Positions 1 to 10,458 are shown, counted from the stretch's first letter. The stretch is DNA of 64,000 nt from Candidatus Moranbacteria bacterium UBA2282 (GCA_002345745.1 DDWQ01000019.1:83-64082); one strand, 5' to 3'. Notes: generated by a model from the letters alone, not told the origin. A program made the numbers and translations.

Positions 1-61
1 TTTTCCATATATTTGTATATAATTTTTGATAACCTTATTATACCATATTCCAGAAGTCTGT

Positions 62-133
62 CTATTTTTCACGGCTTTGGCTAAATTTAGTACCAACAAC
101 AGAATTTATTCTATATCCAACAGCAATTAACAT
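62..133 (-). pseudogene. RhuM-family gene remnant (23-codon fragment) downstream of an intact RhuM-type promoter
   Basis: Minus-strand ATG at 131-133 reads MLIAVGYRINSVVGTKFSQSREK*. The IAVGYRINS stretch matches the conserved core (DAIIAVGYRVNS) of the two RhuM genes in this window. The promoter and 5'UTR are near-identical to those of the RhuM-Doc gene. Confidence 0.4.
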
Positions 134-176
134 ATCCAAATTATAGATATCAATATATTAATTTAATTTATTATAA

Positions 177-209
177 TGATATTATATCACTATAATAGTT
201 TGCTGTCCA
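177..209 (-). promoter_or_regulatory. sigma70-like promoter TGGACA-17-TATAAT (minus strand) with palindrome TGATAT-T-ATATCA overlapping the -10
   Basis: rc(204-209)=TGGACA and rc(181-186)=TATAAT with a 17-nt spacer. About 85% identical to the promoter upstream of the RhuM-Doc gene at 37189-37221. Confidence 0.45.
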
Positions 210-312
210 CTCATCGCCATGTGCACAACTTTCTGCATTACTAAGTGCCAAATCGCGATCTAGCCGTTAAAAAATAACATCGTAAACAGAGGCAGAATTT
301 CTCTCTTTACGT

Positions 313-1959
313 CTAAATCCCACTAACCTCCTCTGTGCTTTCGAGAATAATTTGTTTGTTTTTAAATATTTTTTTAGTCAAAGAATTTTTGAAAAGAAAA
401 AATTCTTCTAATTTGAGCAAATGACTGATCGTGATAAAAATTGCACCGCCTATTACCAAAGAAATAGTTAGTTGTGCAAACACTCCTAGAAAAGTATCTA
501 GATTAACAACCATAGCAACTAAATATTTAGTGGCTTGGATTCCCAATCCAGCCAAAAATGAAGCTGTCACAATTTTCGTCAGTGAGCGAATAATATTTTT
601 ATCATCTAGATTTTCAAAGCGTGTTCGCAAAAAGAAAAGCAAAAGAAACATCTGCACAATATTAGCCAATGAAAAAGCAATGGCTAAACTAAGAATTTGA
701 AAGCGTCCAATCAATAATATAACCGCCAAAATATTAACTGCTTCAACGACAATAGCAATATAGAAAGGTGTTTTAGTGTCTTGCAAAGCATAGAATGAAC
801 GTGCCAACAGTTGCACGGCACTTTGTGCAAACAAACTAAAAGCGAGAATTCCCAAACATTGAAAAGTTAAAATTGTATCCTCCCAATCGAATTTTCCTGA
901 TCCCAAAATTACACGCACAATCTGTGCCCGCAGCACAATCATAAACACACTTAGTGGAATGACAAAAAATAAAATTTGCCGGAAAGTTTCTGAAAATGAT
1001 TTTATAAATTCTTCTTTCTGATCCTTGATTGCAAGTGCGGCTAAGGTTGGGAAAACTGCAATGGAAAAAGAAATGCCAAATAAACTAAGTGGCACACTAG
1101 CTAGATTTTGAGAAAAACTAAACACAGCCAGACTACCTGCGGCTAAAGTTGAAGCAAAAATCGTAATTACCATAAGATTAAGCTGATTGATTCCGATGCC
1201 AGCCATTCTCGGCAACATCAAGGTAAAAACTTTACGCACATTTTTATTATTCCAATCTGATAAAAAAGTCCACTGATGCTGATAGCCTAATTTACGCACA
1301 GTAAAATATTGCAAAAGCATATGCATCGTGGCTCCGAAAACAACGCCCCAAGCCAAACCGATTGGTCCAAAAAATTCAACAAACACCGAGATACCTATAA
1401 TAATTCCAATATTATATAATAATGGTGCAATGGAATAGACTAAAAAATGTTTCATAGAGGTCAGTACACCGCCCATAATACCACTGATACCCAAAAATAT
1501 TGGACTAAGAAACATTATACGCGTAAACATAACAACGCTGTCAATTTTTTCTGGAGAAAATCCAGGAGTAATGAGTTTCATTAAGAATGGCGCAAAAATT
1601 GCACATATCAGTGAAACAATAATAATAAAAAATATAGCCAGATTCATAATGCCATTGGTTAATTTCCAGGCTTCATCATTGTTGTCTCGGCTACGCAAAC
1701 CAGTAAAGACTGGGATGAAAGCAGCACTCATCGCACCTAAAATTAACAAATTGTAAATCAAATCTGGGATGCGAAAAGCTGCATAATAAACATCCAACGT
1801 ATCACCCGCTCCAAATGTCGAAGCAAGCATTCGGTCACGTACAAGACCAAGCAGATTACTCAAAATCCCTGCGATAGTAATCACGAAGGCTGCCGAAATA
1901 ACCGACTCCGTCGGACGAGAATTCATTATAAAGTTATTCTTCAAAATTTTTTTAATCAT
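313..1959 (-). CDS. murJ: lipid II flippase MurJ/MviN (MOP superfamily)
   Basis: 548 aa, multi-TM, N-terminal motif GLVRDRMLASTFGAGDTLDVYYAAFRIPDLIYNLL typical of MurJ. Confidence 0.8.
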   Translation of the reverse strand: MIKKILKNNFIMNSRPTESVISAAFVITIAGILSNLLGLVRDRMLASTFGAGDTLDVYYAAFRIPDLIYNLLILGAMSAAFIPVFTGLRSRDNNDEAWKLTNGIMNLAIFFIIIVSLICAIFAPFLMKLITPGFSPEKIDSVVMFTRIMFLSPIFLGISGIMGGVLTSMKHFLVYSIAPLLYNIGIIIGISVFVEFFGPIGLAWGVVFGATMHMLLQYFTVRKLGYQHQWTFLSDWNNKNVRKVFTLMLPRMAGIGINQLNLMVITIFASTLAAGSLAVFSFSQNLASVPLSLFGISFSIAVFPTLAALAIKDQKEEFIKSFSETFRQILFFVIPLSVFMIVLRAQIVRVILGSGKFDWEDTILTFQCLGILAFSLFAQSAVQLLARSFYALQDTKTPFYIAIVVEAVNILAVILLIGRFQILSLAIAFSLANIVQMFLLLFFLRTRFENLDDKNIIRSLTKIVTASFLAGLGIQATKYLVAMVVNLDTFLGVFAQLTISLVIGGAIFITISHLLKLEEFFLFKNSLTKKIFKNKQIILESTEEVSGI

Positions 1960-1980
1960 TTACCCCTATCTAATAAAAAA

Positions 1981-4560
1981 TTATTCTTTTATAAACGCCG
2001 CGCCTGCAAATTTATCTGTTTTCAAATCAGTTTCTTTTTTGATGGAATTGCCCGTGCGAACTGCATCCTCCGGATAATTCCAAACTGTTTTATAGTTTTC
2101 GGGATACATAATTTCAGAAACAAATACACTACCCACGCTGCCAGATTGTTTTTGCGCTAATAATGAATAACTATCTGCCGCCGTTTTATCAGTGGAATTG
2201 GTAAAAATTTTAAATGGCAGTAAATATTTGTAAGTCACTTGAACTGTTTCCTGCGGACTGACATAAACCCAGTTAGCAAAAACTGTCTTATCTGAATCAT
2301 CATAAATTCGAGTACCGCTTTCTTCATCAATTACTATAGAATCTTCTTCTGTTTGAACTTGTGCATCATGTTTAAATCCCAGCACATTATAATCTAATGG
2401 CGGAGAATTAAATTCTCTAGTCTGTCCAGAAGCTGAAATCAAAGTTGAACCTTTTGGCACATAGACGCGCATATAGTCAGAATTAACTTTGTTCCACCAT
2501 TCCTTATCCAAATTACCTCCATTATGATGACGGGTTATAGTCACCGTGTCAATCACAGAACCATCTGTTTGAATTTCCGCCTTATGGGAAATTTTTTCAT
2601 CTACCACGCCATCCGTCTTATATCCATTAATATTAGTATTAATAACACTCAAATAATCTTTTTGCGTATTCAGAATCTCTCCTGACCAGCCAGCTTGCGA
2701 TAATATTTTTTCAATCTCATAGTTTTTCGAATAAATCAAAATTTGCTTTTCATTCAAACTTTGCACTAAAACGCTCATAGTCTGTGCCATATCAGCAAAA
2801 TTTTTCGTAGTGAAAATCTTATCGAGAATTTTCGGAGCCAAGTCAGCCAAAATCTGTTTTGGCTGGTTCAGTTCTTTGTCATAATCAACTTCAACTTCAT
2901 ACTGAATTTTTTCAATAAAATTATTCGCATCCACAGTCACATCATATTCTGGCATTTCAATCGGTCCAGTCACTTCCAAAAGTTTTTGCATCACATTCGG
3001 AGTCATAGTGATCACGCCATCCACAGTTGGTCCGCCAGTTTTTTCAAAAAACCAACTTGCCTTTTCAGCCGATTTTGGAAAATCTGGAAACCAATTACTA
3101 TCATGCAAGCTCCAAGCCGCCGAAATTTTTTGAATTGGAGTTGGTGGCACAACTTTTGCTCTAAGCTGTCCATCTGGATTGAAAATACCATCAATAAAAA
3201 ACTTGCGAATATTGCCATTAGAAATATCCATTAATCCATAAGTTCCAATAAATCCGCCTGTGGCTCGCATCTCCTGATTATTTTGGAATAAAAATAAATA
3301 TTTTCTCGGACCATTGCCACCCAAAACATCTGTAAAAATTTTACTATTATCTAGAAAACTCGCAATAAAATAGCGAATACTTGGTAATTTACTTTTCAAT
3401 TCTACAAATTGAACTCGTTGCTGCTGGGGAATATCTGAGACGTTAACCTTATCCAAATTGTTTTGTAAATCATCAACTAAAATTAAAATTTCTTTTAAAT
3501 TACTATCCGTGTCCTGAAATATTTTTAAAAATGAGACTGATTCATTATTTTGTTCTAGCGGATTTTTTATCTCATTAGCCAATTGCATAATTTCACCTGC
3601 TAAAACCCCAATTCGAGCGATATCCTTTCCTGATTGAGAAATATAATAACCAGAAGAAATTTTTGATAAATATGGTATGAACTGCGATGTTTCAACTAAA
3701 ATTTTTCCCAGACTATCAATATCAGTGGAAATTTCTCCAAATTTATCATAAGCTTCATTAAATTCAAATTTAGATTTTTCAAAATTCTTACCAACAATAT
3801 CTGCCTGAGCCAGAGCCAAATTAGCATAAGCACTCTTTCCTGTGCCTAAAACAGAATCTTTGATCTTGAGACCTTTATTAAAAAATCCTACACTAAAAAT
3901 AACAACAAAAATAACTATCGCAATACTAGAAAAAGAGAAGGCAAATTGCTTGTAATTAGAAACTACAAATATATCTGCTAATGTAAATCCATTCTGCTTT
4001 TTGTATTCAGCAACTTCTTCAAAAAAATTATCCTGCGTCACTTCACTATCTATGTCATGTTTCTGACTGAACTCAACATTTATATTCTGTACATTTTGCA
4101 CGTGAATCGTATTTTTCCGAACAATTGGCTCAGCTGGTACAATAATTCTGTCTTTTTTTACGATTGGCGTAGTAGCTACACGCACAACTGGCACGCTGTC
4201 AGAACGGAAAGTTTCTCCAAACTGATAAATCATTGTCGCTTGATCACTTTTCCGATATACCTGCGGTCGTGTAATAGCTCGTTTTTGATTATTACTCTTT
4301 ACAATATCATGAAAAAATTTATTTTTATTTTCACAAAGTACAGTAACTTTTCTCTCGGGCTTGCTAACTTTTTCGAATTGTAGAACTTGCCCACTTTTTT
4401 TAATTCTTTCCAAATCTAAATCACCAGCTTCATTAACCGGTTTTACATCAAACATCTGTGAAATTATTTTGTTTCTATTTTTATTTATCATAAATTGTTT
4501 GTGTTTCTTGTGCCATTTTTTTCCAGCTATATTTTTTTGCTTGCTCATATCCTCGCACAA
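1981..4560 (-). CDS. large membrane-anchored extracellular protein, DUF4012-like (assignment tentative)
   Basis: 859 aa, one N-proximal TM (IAIVIFVVIFSVGFF) and a GGFIGTYG motif region. It sits inside the glycosyltransferase cluster. The N-terminus overlaps the upstream GT stop by 80 nt, so the true start is probably a later Met (M24 or M36). Confidence 0.4.
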   Translation of the reverse strand: MCEDMSKQKNIAGKKWHKKHKQFMINKNRNKIISQMFDVKPVNEAGDLDLERIKKSGQVLQFEKVSKPERKVTVLCENKNKFFHDIVKSNNQKRAITRPQVYRKSDQATMIYQFGETFRSDSVPVVRVATTPIVKKDRIIVPAEPIVRKNTIHVQNVQNINVEFSQKHDIDSEVTQDNFFEEVAEYKKQNGFTLADIFVVSNYKQFAFSFSSIAIVIFVVIFSVGFFNKGLKIKDSVLGTGKSAYANLALAQADIVGKNFEKSKFEFNEAYDKFGEISTDIDSLGKILVETSQFIPYLSKISSGYYISQSGKDIARIGVLAGEIMQLANEIKNPLEQNNESVSFLKIFQDTDSNLKEILILVDDLQNNLDKVNVSDIPQQQRVQFVELKSKLPSIRYFIASFLDNSKIFTDVLGGNGPRKYLFLFQNNQEMRATGGFIGTYGLMDISNGNIRKFFIDGIFNPDGQLRAKVVPPTPIQKISAAWSLHDSNWFPDFPKSAEKASWFFEKTGGPTVDGVITMTPNVMQKLLEVTGPIEMPEYDVTVDANNFIEKIQYEVEVDYDKELNQPKQILADLAPKILDKIFTTKNFADMAQTMSVLVQSLNEKQILIYSKNYEIEKILSQAGWSGEILNTQKDYLSVINTNINGYKTDGVVDEKISHKAEIQTDGSVIDTVTITRHHNGGNLDKEWWNKVNSDYMRVYVPKGSTLISASGQTREFNSPPLDYNVLGFKHDAQVQTEEDSIVIDEESGTRIYDDSDKTVFANWVYVSPQETVQVTYKYLLPFKIFTNSTDKTAADSYSLLAQKQSGSVGSVFVSEIMYPENYKTVWNYPEDAVRTGNSIKKETDLKTDKFAGAAFIKE

Positions 4561-5605
4561 TCAAATCTTGACGTAACTCCTTGTCTTCGATTATCTTTTC
4601 TATCGCTTCAACAATCGAGTCAATATTTTTTCCATCAAAGAAATAGGCACTCTCACCTAAAATTTCCCGCATACAAGGATGATCAGAAGAAATGACTGGC
4701 ACACCTTTACTCATTGCTTCCAATGGCGGTAATCCAAAGCCTTCATACAGCGATGGAAAGATATTGGCAATTGATTGATGGAAAAGAACATCCAGCGTGT
4801 GATCAGAAATGTCCGACAAAAGGATGATGTTTCTAATCTGCTTATCCAAGATCAATTTATGCAATCGGTCATAAAAATAATCTCGTTTGCCAACTAGCAC
4901 CAGTTGCAACTCTGGTGAAGCTTGCAAAACTTGTGCAAAAGCCAGCACCAGTCTCTCCAAATTTTTGTGTGGATAGGCATTGCCGACATAGATCAGATAC
5001 GGTTTAATTATACCATACTTCTGCAAAATTTCTTGTGCATTTTTTGCACTGAACATACAATAATCTTCCGCCGACTCATAGGTCACAAAAATCTTTTTTT
5101 CTATCGCCCCTCCGTAATTTTCTATAATATCTTTTTTACTAAATTGCGAAATGGTGATAATGTCTCTTGCCCGCATGACAGCTAATTTGATTGCCATACG
5201 ATAGGCTAGAAATTTTATACGATACAATATCGGATGAAGTGTGCTACTGTGTACAGTCGGAAAATGCAATAATGTTAGATCATGAATCGTCACCACAAAT
5301 TTTCTACAATACATTATCGGCACGTTGAAATGTGGAAAATGCACTAAATCCAATTTATATTTATACAAAATCCAGGGGAAATAGATTTGTTCCGCCAAAG
5401 TATACCACTGATAGTCTGCCAAAACTTTCTGAAAATTCGGATTTTTCGGTTGATATTCATCGAAATTATCTTTTTTCAAAAACACAAAATATTGATTGCC
5501 ATCAGAAATGGCAACCTTTTCCAAATTCTCCACTAATTTTTGCGTATAACGCCCCAAGCCCTTCTGTTTAATCCCAAAAAAGCGGGCATCGATTCCAATT
5601 CTCAT
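4481..5605 (-). CDS. glycosyltransferase family 4 (GT-B)
   Basis: EGFGLPPLEAMSKGVPVISSD motif (E-x7-E GT4 signature), 374 aa. Confidence 0.8.
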   Translation of the reverse strand: MRIGIDARFFGIKQKGLGRYTQKLVENLEKVAISDGNQYFVFLKKDNFDEYQPKNPNFQKVLADYQWYTLAEQIYFPWILYKYKLDLVHFPHFNVPIMYCRKFVVTIHDLTLLHFPTVHSSTLHPILYRIKFLAYRMAIKLAVMRARDIITISQFSKKDIIENYGGAIEKKIFVTYESAEDYCMFSAKNAQEILQKYGIIKPYLIYVGNAYPHKNLERLVLAFAQVLQASPELQLVLVGKRDYFYDRLHKLILDKQIRNIILLSDISDHTLDVLFHQSIANIFPSLYEGFGLPPLEAMSKGVPVISSDHPCMREILGESAYFFDGKNIDSIVEAIEKIIEDKELRQDLIVRGYEQAKKYSWKKMAQETQTIYDK

Positions 5606-5681
5606 ATCATAATTATACCACTAAAATGCCAAAAAAAGTAAAACAAAAAAACCAGCGTTTTTAGAACTGGTTTTTTCAATT

Positions 5682-7436
5682 TTACCAACCGCCTCCTCCT
5701 CCACCGCCACCGCCTCCACCTGACCCACCAAAACCGCCACTACCCGAGCTAGAGGGTGCAGATGTGTTGGCTGCGATACTTGCCGAAAGATTGCTAATTG
5801 TGTCTGAAAAACTATCCACATTAAATGTGCCTACATTTCCAACATACCAAGCTGGAATATATGAAGAATAAAATTCCTGCCCATATACTTCTTGCATACG
5901 TTTGGCCCATAATTCCGTCATATCAAACACAATTGCATAGGGCAAAAATTTTTCAAAAATATTTTCTTTTTCATAAAACTCCGCCCGATCCTTGTCGACT
6001 GTTTCCATAAAAAGTTTAAAGCCTGCAACTTGCCAATTCATTTCAGCTCCGGCTGGCGTGCGTTTGGGCATAACAAAGCTAAACAACAACAAAAATATAG
6101 CAGATACCAAAAAACTCAAGGACAAAAAACCCAAAGCGTCAATAGACATGAAAAAAGGTATCATCATAATTCCAGCTACCACTCGAAAGGAATTCTTGAA
6201 ATACAATCCTGAAAAAACAACCAATCCCTTGTTCTGCAAAAGATCTTTGGTTGCATCTTTAATCCCAGGAATATGCGCATAGAAAGTTTTTTTCAAGTCT
6301 GAAAGATTCATTGTTTTAGCTCCTTCAAAAATATGACTCAGAATTTTCTTTTGCACAAGATTAAGCGCTTGCTCTGCTTCTTGATTTTCTTTTCTAATAA
6401 ATTTATAATCTTTTGAATCAATCAAAAACAAAAGTTTCTCGTGTGTTTCTTCGATAGTTATTAGCCCTTTGGTTGCTAGAAAAATAATTTCAGCCGTGAT
6501 CAATTTATTATCAAAGCCTCCACTTTTTTCAAGCATTCCCAATTCAATTGGTGAAAGATTGCCGGGAACTTCATATTCAGGAATAATGGTTTTATCCATT
6601 CGCGGATCTTTGCCATATTTCAACCACAATTGAAAACAAACAATTAGGGTTACTATTGGCACCAACAGAAAAAAATATTTGCCATATTTTTCCCAGAAAG
6701 TTAGTTGATATGGCATGATGATGTTTTTTGGAAAAATAATTGAAGCAGTTATCCCCTGACGCATATCAATCATTTTTGTGGATTCAAATTCCAACACATT
6801 AGACGCCTTCCAACGATAGATTGCCAAATCATTGCTCTTTGAACCAAGCGCGCCGGTATAATAATCCACGGTGGCATTCTGACTATTCACTGCTTCTGGA
6901 AAAGTGATTTCCGCTCGGAAATGATCAATCTGTAGATCCCAAAAATTACCATTCAAATTCCAATATAGCTCATCAAATTTCGGATTATCAAAACGCATCA
7001 CATTTCTGACCCTATAATGAATCTTATAGGTATGCACGCCATTCACCGTGACTTTTGGGTTTCCAATTTGCCAAGTCACTGTGTCAGTGTCCTTCTTTTC
7101 TGCATACTGAATTGCTTGTCCACTTTGATCTGTGATGTTCACAAGCTCAACCGGCATTGCCACTTTTATATTTCCTACCATAGCTGAAGTTGGCAAGATT
7201 CGAAAAATCCCATGCTTGCCGACTGCATTTCCGCAATCAGCTACAATAGTTTCATTGATATCAAGTGTTGAATTAGTGTTCACTACAATTTGCGAAGTGA
7301 AATCCTGGATATACCAATCAATCACATTTGTCCTAGCCTGCGAAACATTTGGCAACAAAAACATTCCCACTAAAAAAATTCCAACCCCGACTATCCCAAA
7401 ATATTTTGTGCTAATCTTTTTTGTGATTTCGGTCAT
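5682..7436 (-). CDS. DUF2207-like membrane protein with C-terminal poly-Gly tail
   Basis: N-terminal signal/TM, large extracytoplasmic domain, TM segments, then a C-terminus SSSGSGGFGGSGGGGGGGGGGGW, a glycine-rich tail typical of the DUF2207 family. Confidence 0.55.
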   Translation of the reverse strand: MTEITKKISTKYFGIVGVGIFLVGMFLLPNVSQARTNVIDWYIQDFTSQIVVNTNSTLDINETIVADCGNAVGKHGIFRILPTSAMVGNIKVAMPVELVNITDQSGQAIQYAEKKDTDTVTWQIGNPKVTVNGVHTYKIHYRVRNVMRFDNPKFDELYWNLNGNFWDLQIDHFRAEITFPEAVNSQNATVDYYTGALGSKSNDLAIYRWKASNVLEFESTKMIDMRQGITASIIFPKNIIMPYQLTFWEKYGKYFFLLVPIVTLIVCFQLWLKYGKDPRMDKTIIPEYEVPGNLSPIELGMLEKSGGFDNKLITAEIIFLATKGLITIEETHEKLLFLIDSKDYKFIRKENQEAEQALNLVQKKILSHIFEGAKTMNLSDLKKTFYAHIPGIKDATKDLLQNKGLVVFSGLYFKNSFRVVAGIMMIPFFMSIDALGFLSLSFLVSAIFLLLFSFVMPKRTPAGAEMNWQVAGFKLFMETVDKDRAEFYEKENIFEKFLPYAIVFDMTELWAKRMQEVYGQEFYSSYIPAWYVGNVGTFNVDSFSDTISNLSASIAANTSAPSSSGSGGFGGSGGGGGGGGGGGW

Positions 7437-7554
7437 ATATTTTAAATATGCAACAAATTAAAAAATATTTACTTCCTATTTTTTATTCAATTTGGGTGGA
7501 TTTATTATTCTCCAAAATCCGTTTTCGTAAAGAAAAAATAAGCCTAACTTTGGC

Positions 7555-8580
7555 CTATTTTTTCTTCTTTTCCATCTCTAAAATTTTCTGCACCTCTCGA
7601 TCAAAGTCAGATTCTATTGGTTGATTTTTATTAAATTCAGCATATTCGCGAAGAGCTTTCTTTTCCGCCTGCACATGAGAAACATTACCCAATCCAATTA
7701 ATATTTTATATTCGTTAAAACTTAGAAATTTATTTACACTTTCAGCAAACTCTGCCATGGTAAATGTTTGCCTATTTTCAATCAAGTTTTCAATGTAATC
7801 AAAAAATCCAGAAATATTCCGTTCCAATTTTTTAATTTCTTTTTCAGATAAATAATTTTTAGCAATAGCTACATCGGTTGCCAAAATTCTTCCTCTTGGA
7901 CTATTTTTCCAAGAGGTTAGCCCCATAAATGGTTTGTTTCTATCTGCCTTGTTAATTATTATCTCAGCTGCAGTTTTTCCCGTGATAGCAAAATGAAATT
8001 TATTTTGCACAGTCGCAAAAAAATCTTTAGTAGTTTTTGAATTTGGGTCATAATCAATACTGCACTCAGAAAAGATATCTGTAATCTGCAAATAAATCCT
8101 TCGCTCACTCGCACGAATAGAGCGGATTCTTTCCAATAATTCTCGGAAATAATCCTTGCCAAATACCCTCTCACCTTGTTTCAACATTTCATCATTCATA
8201 GCAAAACCTTTTATGATGTATTCTTTTAGCACTTGAGTTGCCCACATACGAAATTGCGTCGCTCGAGCAGAATTCACTCGATATCCAACAGAAATGATTG
8301 CGTCGAGATTATAAAATTCAATCTCCCGAGAAACAGCCCTATTTCCTTCTTTTTGAACTATTCGAATTTTTCGAATAGTTGCTTTTTCGCTTAATTCTCG
8401 ACTTCCAAAGATCTCCTTGAGATGATAATTTATTGTATTGATCTCCACGCCGAAAAGCTCTGCCATCATTTTCTGGGTCAACCAAAGAGTTTCATCTTCT
8501 AAAAAAACTTCCAATTTTACATCTCCAATTGGAGTGGTGTAAAGAATAAATTTAGATAATTCTGATGATTTTTTTTGCAT
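7555..8580 (-). CDS. RhuM-family protein (virulence protein RhuM-like)
   Basis: YNLDAIISVGYRVNSARATQFRMWATQVLKEY, the conserved RhuM core. 341 aa. No Fic/Doc motif is present. Confidence 0.75.
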   Translation of the reverse strand: MQKKSSELSKFILYTTPIGDVKLEVFLEDETLWLTQKMMAELFGVEINTINYHLKEIFGSRELSEKATIRKIRIVQKEGNRAVSREIEFYNLDAIISVGYRVNSARATQFRMWATQVLKEYIIKGFAMNDEMLKQGERVFGKDYFRELLERIRSIRASERRIYLQITDIFSECSIDYDPNSKTTKDFFATVQNKFHFAITGKTAAEIIINKADRNKPFMGLTSWKNSPRGRILATDVAIAKNYLSEKEIKKLERNISGFFDYIENLIENRQTFTMAEFAESVNKFLSFNEYKILIGLGNVSHVQAEKKALREYAEFNKNQPIESDFDREVQKILEMEKKKK

Positions 8581-8602
8581 AAATTTTATTCTAGTCTACT
8601 AT

Positions 8603-8637
8603 ACTGATAGTATATCAGTATAAACATTTTTTGTCTA
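8603..8637 (-). promoter_or_regulatory. promoter TAGACA-17-TATACT with 7-bp-arm palindrome ACTGATA-GTA-TATCAGT overlapping the -10
   Basis: rc(8632-8637)=TAGACA and rc(8609-8614)=TATACT with a 17-nt spacer. A perfect inverted repeat at 8603-8619 overlaps the -10, about 28 nt upstream of the RhuM ATG. Confidence 0.45.
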
Positions 8638-8672
8638 TCTTTTGACCTGCACGCAAATCATTTAGTTTCAGA

Positions 8673-9836
8673 TTACAATTTATTCACAATCTTCAAAAAA
8701 TCTTCCGCTGGTTTTATCCAGGTGAATTTTTTCGCTTGGATTAGTCCGCGTGCAATTAATTTTTCACGCAGTTCTGGACTGGTTAAAATTTCCTGCATAG
8801 CCTGAGAGATTTCAGCTGGTTTGTCGGGATCAATCATAATAGTCGCATCGCCTACCACTTCTGGCAAAGAGGAATTGTTAGAAGTGATGACAGGCACGCC
8901 ACACGCCATCGCTTCCAAGGGCGGCAAACCAAAACCTTCAAAGCAAGAAGGATAAACAAAAAGTGAGGCTAAATTTAAAACAAATTCCTTATCCTCTTCA
9001 GAAACAAAATTAATCACCACAATGTCTTTTTTGTAATCTGAGATTGCAATTTCGGCAAATATTTTTTCACTCAGCCAACCATCTGCACCGGCAATCACTA
9101 ATTTATATTTTACAATTTCATTTTGACCCGAAGAAAGTGCCTCCTTTTGTAATTGCGCATACGCCTGAACAATCGTGGAAATGTTTTTACGCGGTTCAAT
9201 CGTGCCCAGATAGAGAATAAATTTATAGGGCAAATTATATTTTTCCTTAACTCTAATCAAATTGGCATCATTCCTATCCACAATGTGAAATTTTTCTGCC
9301 AAACCGTTATGACTAACAGTTATTTTGTTCGGATTTATTTTATACAAATTAACAATATCCTGACTAGTCGACTGCGAAATTGCAATAATTTTATTCGAAT
9401 GATGACAAATTTTTCTCGGATTAATAAATGTGTGCCACAATCGCCTAACCCAAGAAAATGTTTCCGGATAGCGCTCGAAAGATAAATCGTGAATTGTAGA
9501 AACAAGTTTTACGTTTTTGCTGACACCGCCGAAGATTATATTAGGCATAAAGAAAATATCAGTTCCGCCAATCAGTTTATCGATCTTGGGCCAGTTCAGG
9601 TACCAAAATAATAAATTTAAAATCTTGTTGGGAAAATTAAATTTTTTCAAGCGGACATTTGGATATTTTTTCAACCAAGAAAAATCAACCTCGGATGAAC
9701 GAAATGAATTAAAAAAAAGAATGAACTCATCTCGCGTATCAAGCATGAATATATTGTCCAAAAGATTGAGCGTATATTCTTCCACTCCCGTTCGCCGACC
9801 TTCTGCTAGACATCTGATATCAATTCCAATTTTCAT
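8673..9836 (-). CDS. glycosyltransferase family 4
   Basis: EGFGLPPLEAMACGVPVITSNNSSLPEVVGD motif, 387 aa. Confidence 0.8.
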   Translation of the reverse strand: MKIGIDIRCLAEGRRTGVEEYTLNLLDNIFMLDTRDEFILFFNSFRSSEVDFSWLKKYPNVRLKKFNFPNKILNLLFWYLNWPKIDKLIGGTDIFFMPNIIFGGVSKNVKLVSTIHDLSFERYPETFSWVRRLWHTFINPRKICHHSNKIIAISQSTSQDIVNLYKINPNKITVSHNGLAEKFHIVDRNDANLIRVKEKYNLPYKFILYLGTIEPRKNISTIVQAYAQLQKEALSSGQNEIVKYKLVIAGADGWLSEKIFAEIAISDYKKDIVVINFVSEEDKEFVLNLASLFVYPSCFEGFGLPPLEAMACGVPVITSNNSSLPEVVGDATIMIDPDKPAEISQAMQEILTSPELREKLIARGLIQAKKFTWIKPAEDFLKIVNKL

Positions 9837-9849
9837 AATTAATTTATAA

Positions 9850-10458
9850 TTATTTCAAGTAATGTTTGATTAGCACAATCCAAAATCCCAAAAACATTCC
9901 CATAGCCAATGAAGCCAACAGAAGAATAGTTGGGCTAACCTTGTCTTGAATAATTACTGGACTTTGTGCCACCACCTCAAACCAAGTAACTTCATTTTGA
10001 TTTTTATTTAAGGCTTCCGTATTTTTTGAAATTATTTCTAGAACTGCATCAGAAATTTTTTTAGCAGATCTCTCATTGCTAGCAGAAAAAGAAACTGCCA
10101 CAATCTGCGAAGAAAGTTTTTCCGCTACAAAAACATTTGATAACTTTCGCAAACTTAAATGAGTGGCATCAACATTAGCTTTTGCTAATATGTCTGCTGC
10201 TGTTCGAGGATTTTTTAGCCATTCTACTACTGTCTCAGCAAATTTTTCATCCGCTTGCAAACGATAGAAATCGTCATAGCGATAATCCGTTGTTTCTTTT
10301 TGTGAACCAATTCGCGTAATGTTCAAAGCCAACGACGCTGAATACGACACTGGCTTAAAAGTAAAGTAGGCAAAAGTCCCAAGAACAACAATCACAACTA
10401 CGAACGCAAATAATTTAAAATTGTCTTTAAATATTTTTAGATATTCTTTTAGCTCCAT
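9850..10458 (-). CDS. Wzz-like polysaccharide chain-length determinant (short form)
   Basis: 202 aa with N- and C-terminal TM helices flanking a periplasmic-type domain. Positioned between glycosyltransferases. Assignment is by architecture and is weak. Confidence 0.45.
   Translation of the reverse strand: MELKEYLKIFKDNFKLFAFVVVIVVLGTFAYFTFKPVSYSASLALNITRIGSQKETTDYRYDDFYRLQADEKFAETVVEWLKNPRTAADILAKANVDATHLSLRKLSNVFVAEKLSSQIVAVSFSASNERSAKKISDAVLEIISKNTEALNKNQNEVTWFEVVAQSPVIIQDKVSPTILLLASLAMGMFLGFWIVLIKHYLK

Noticed and set aside
5621-5821. 66-aa minus-strand ORF overlapping the end of the DUF2207-like gene.
   Set aside because: It is an alternative frame across the poly-Gly (GGN-repeat) tail, with repeat-driven open frames. 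It is not a separate gene.
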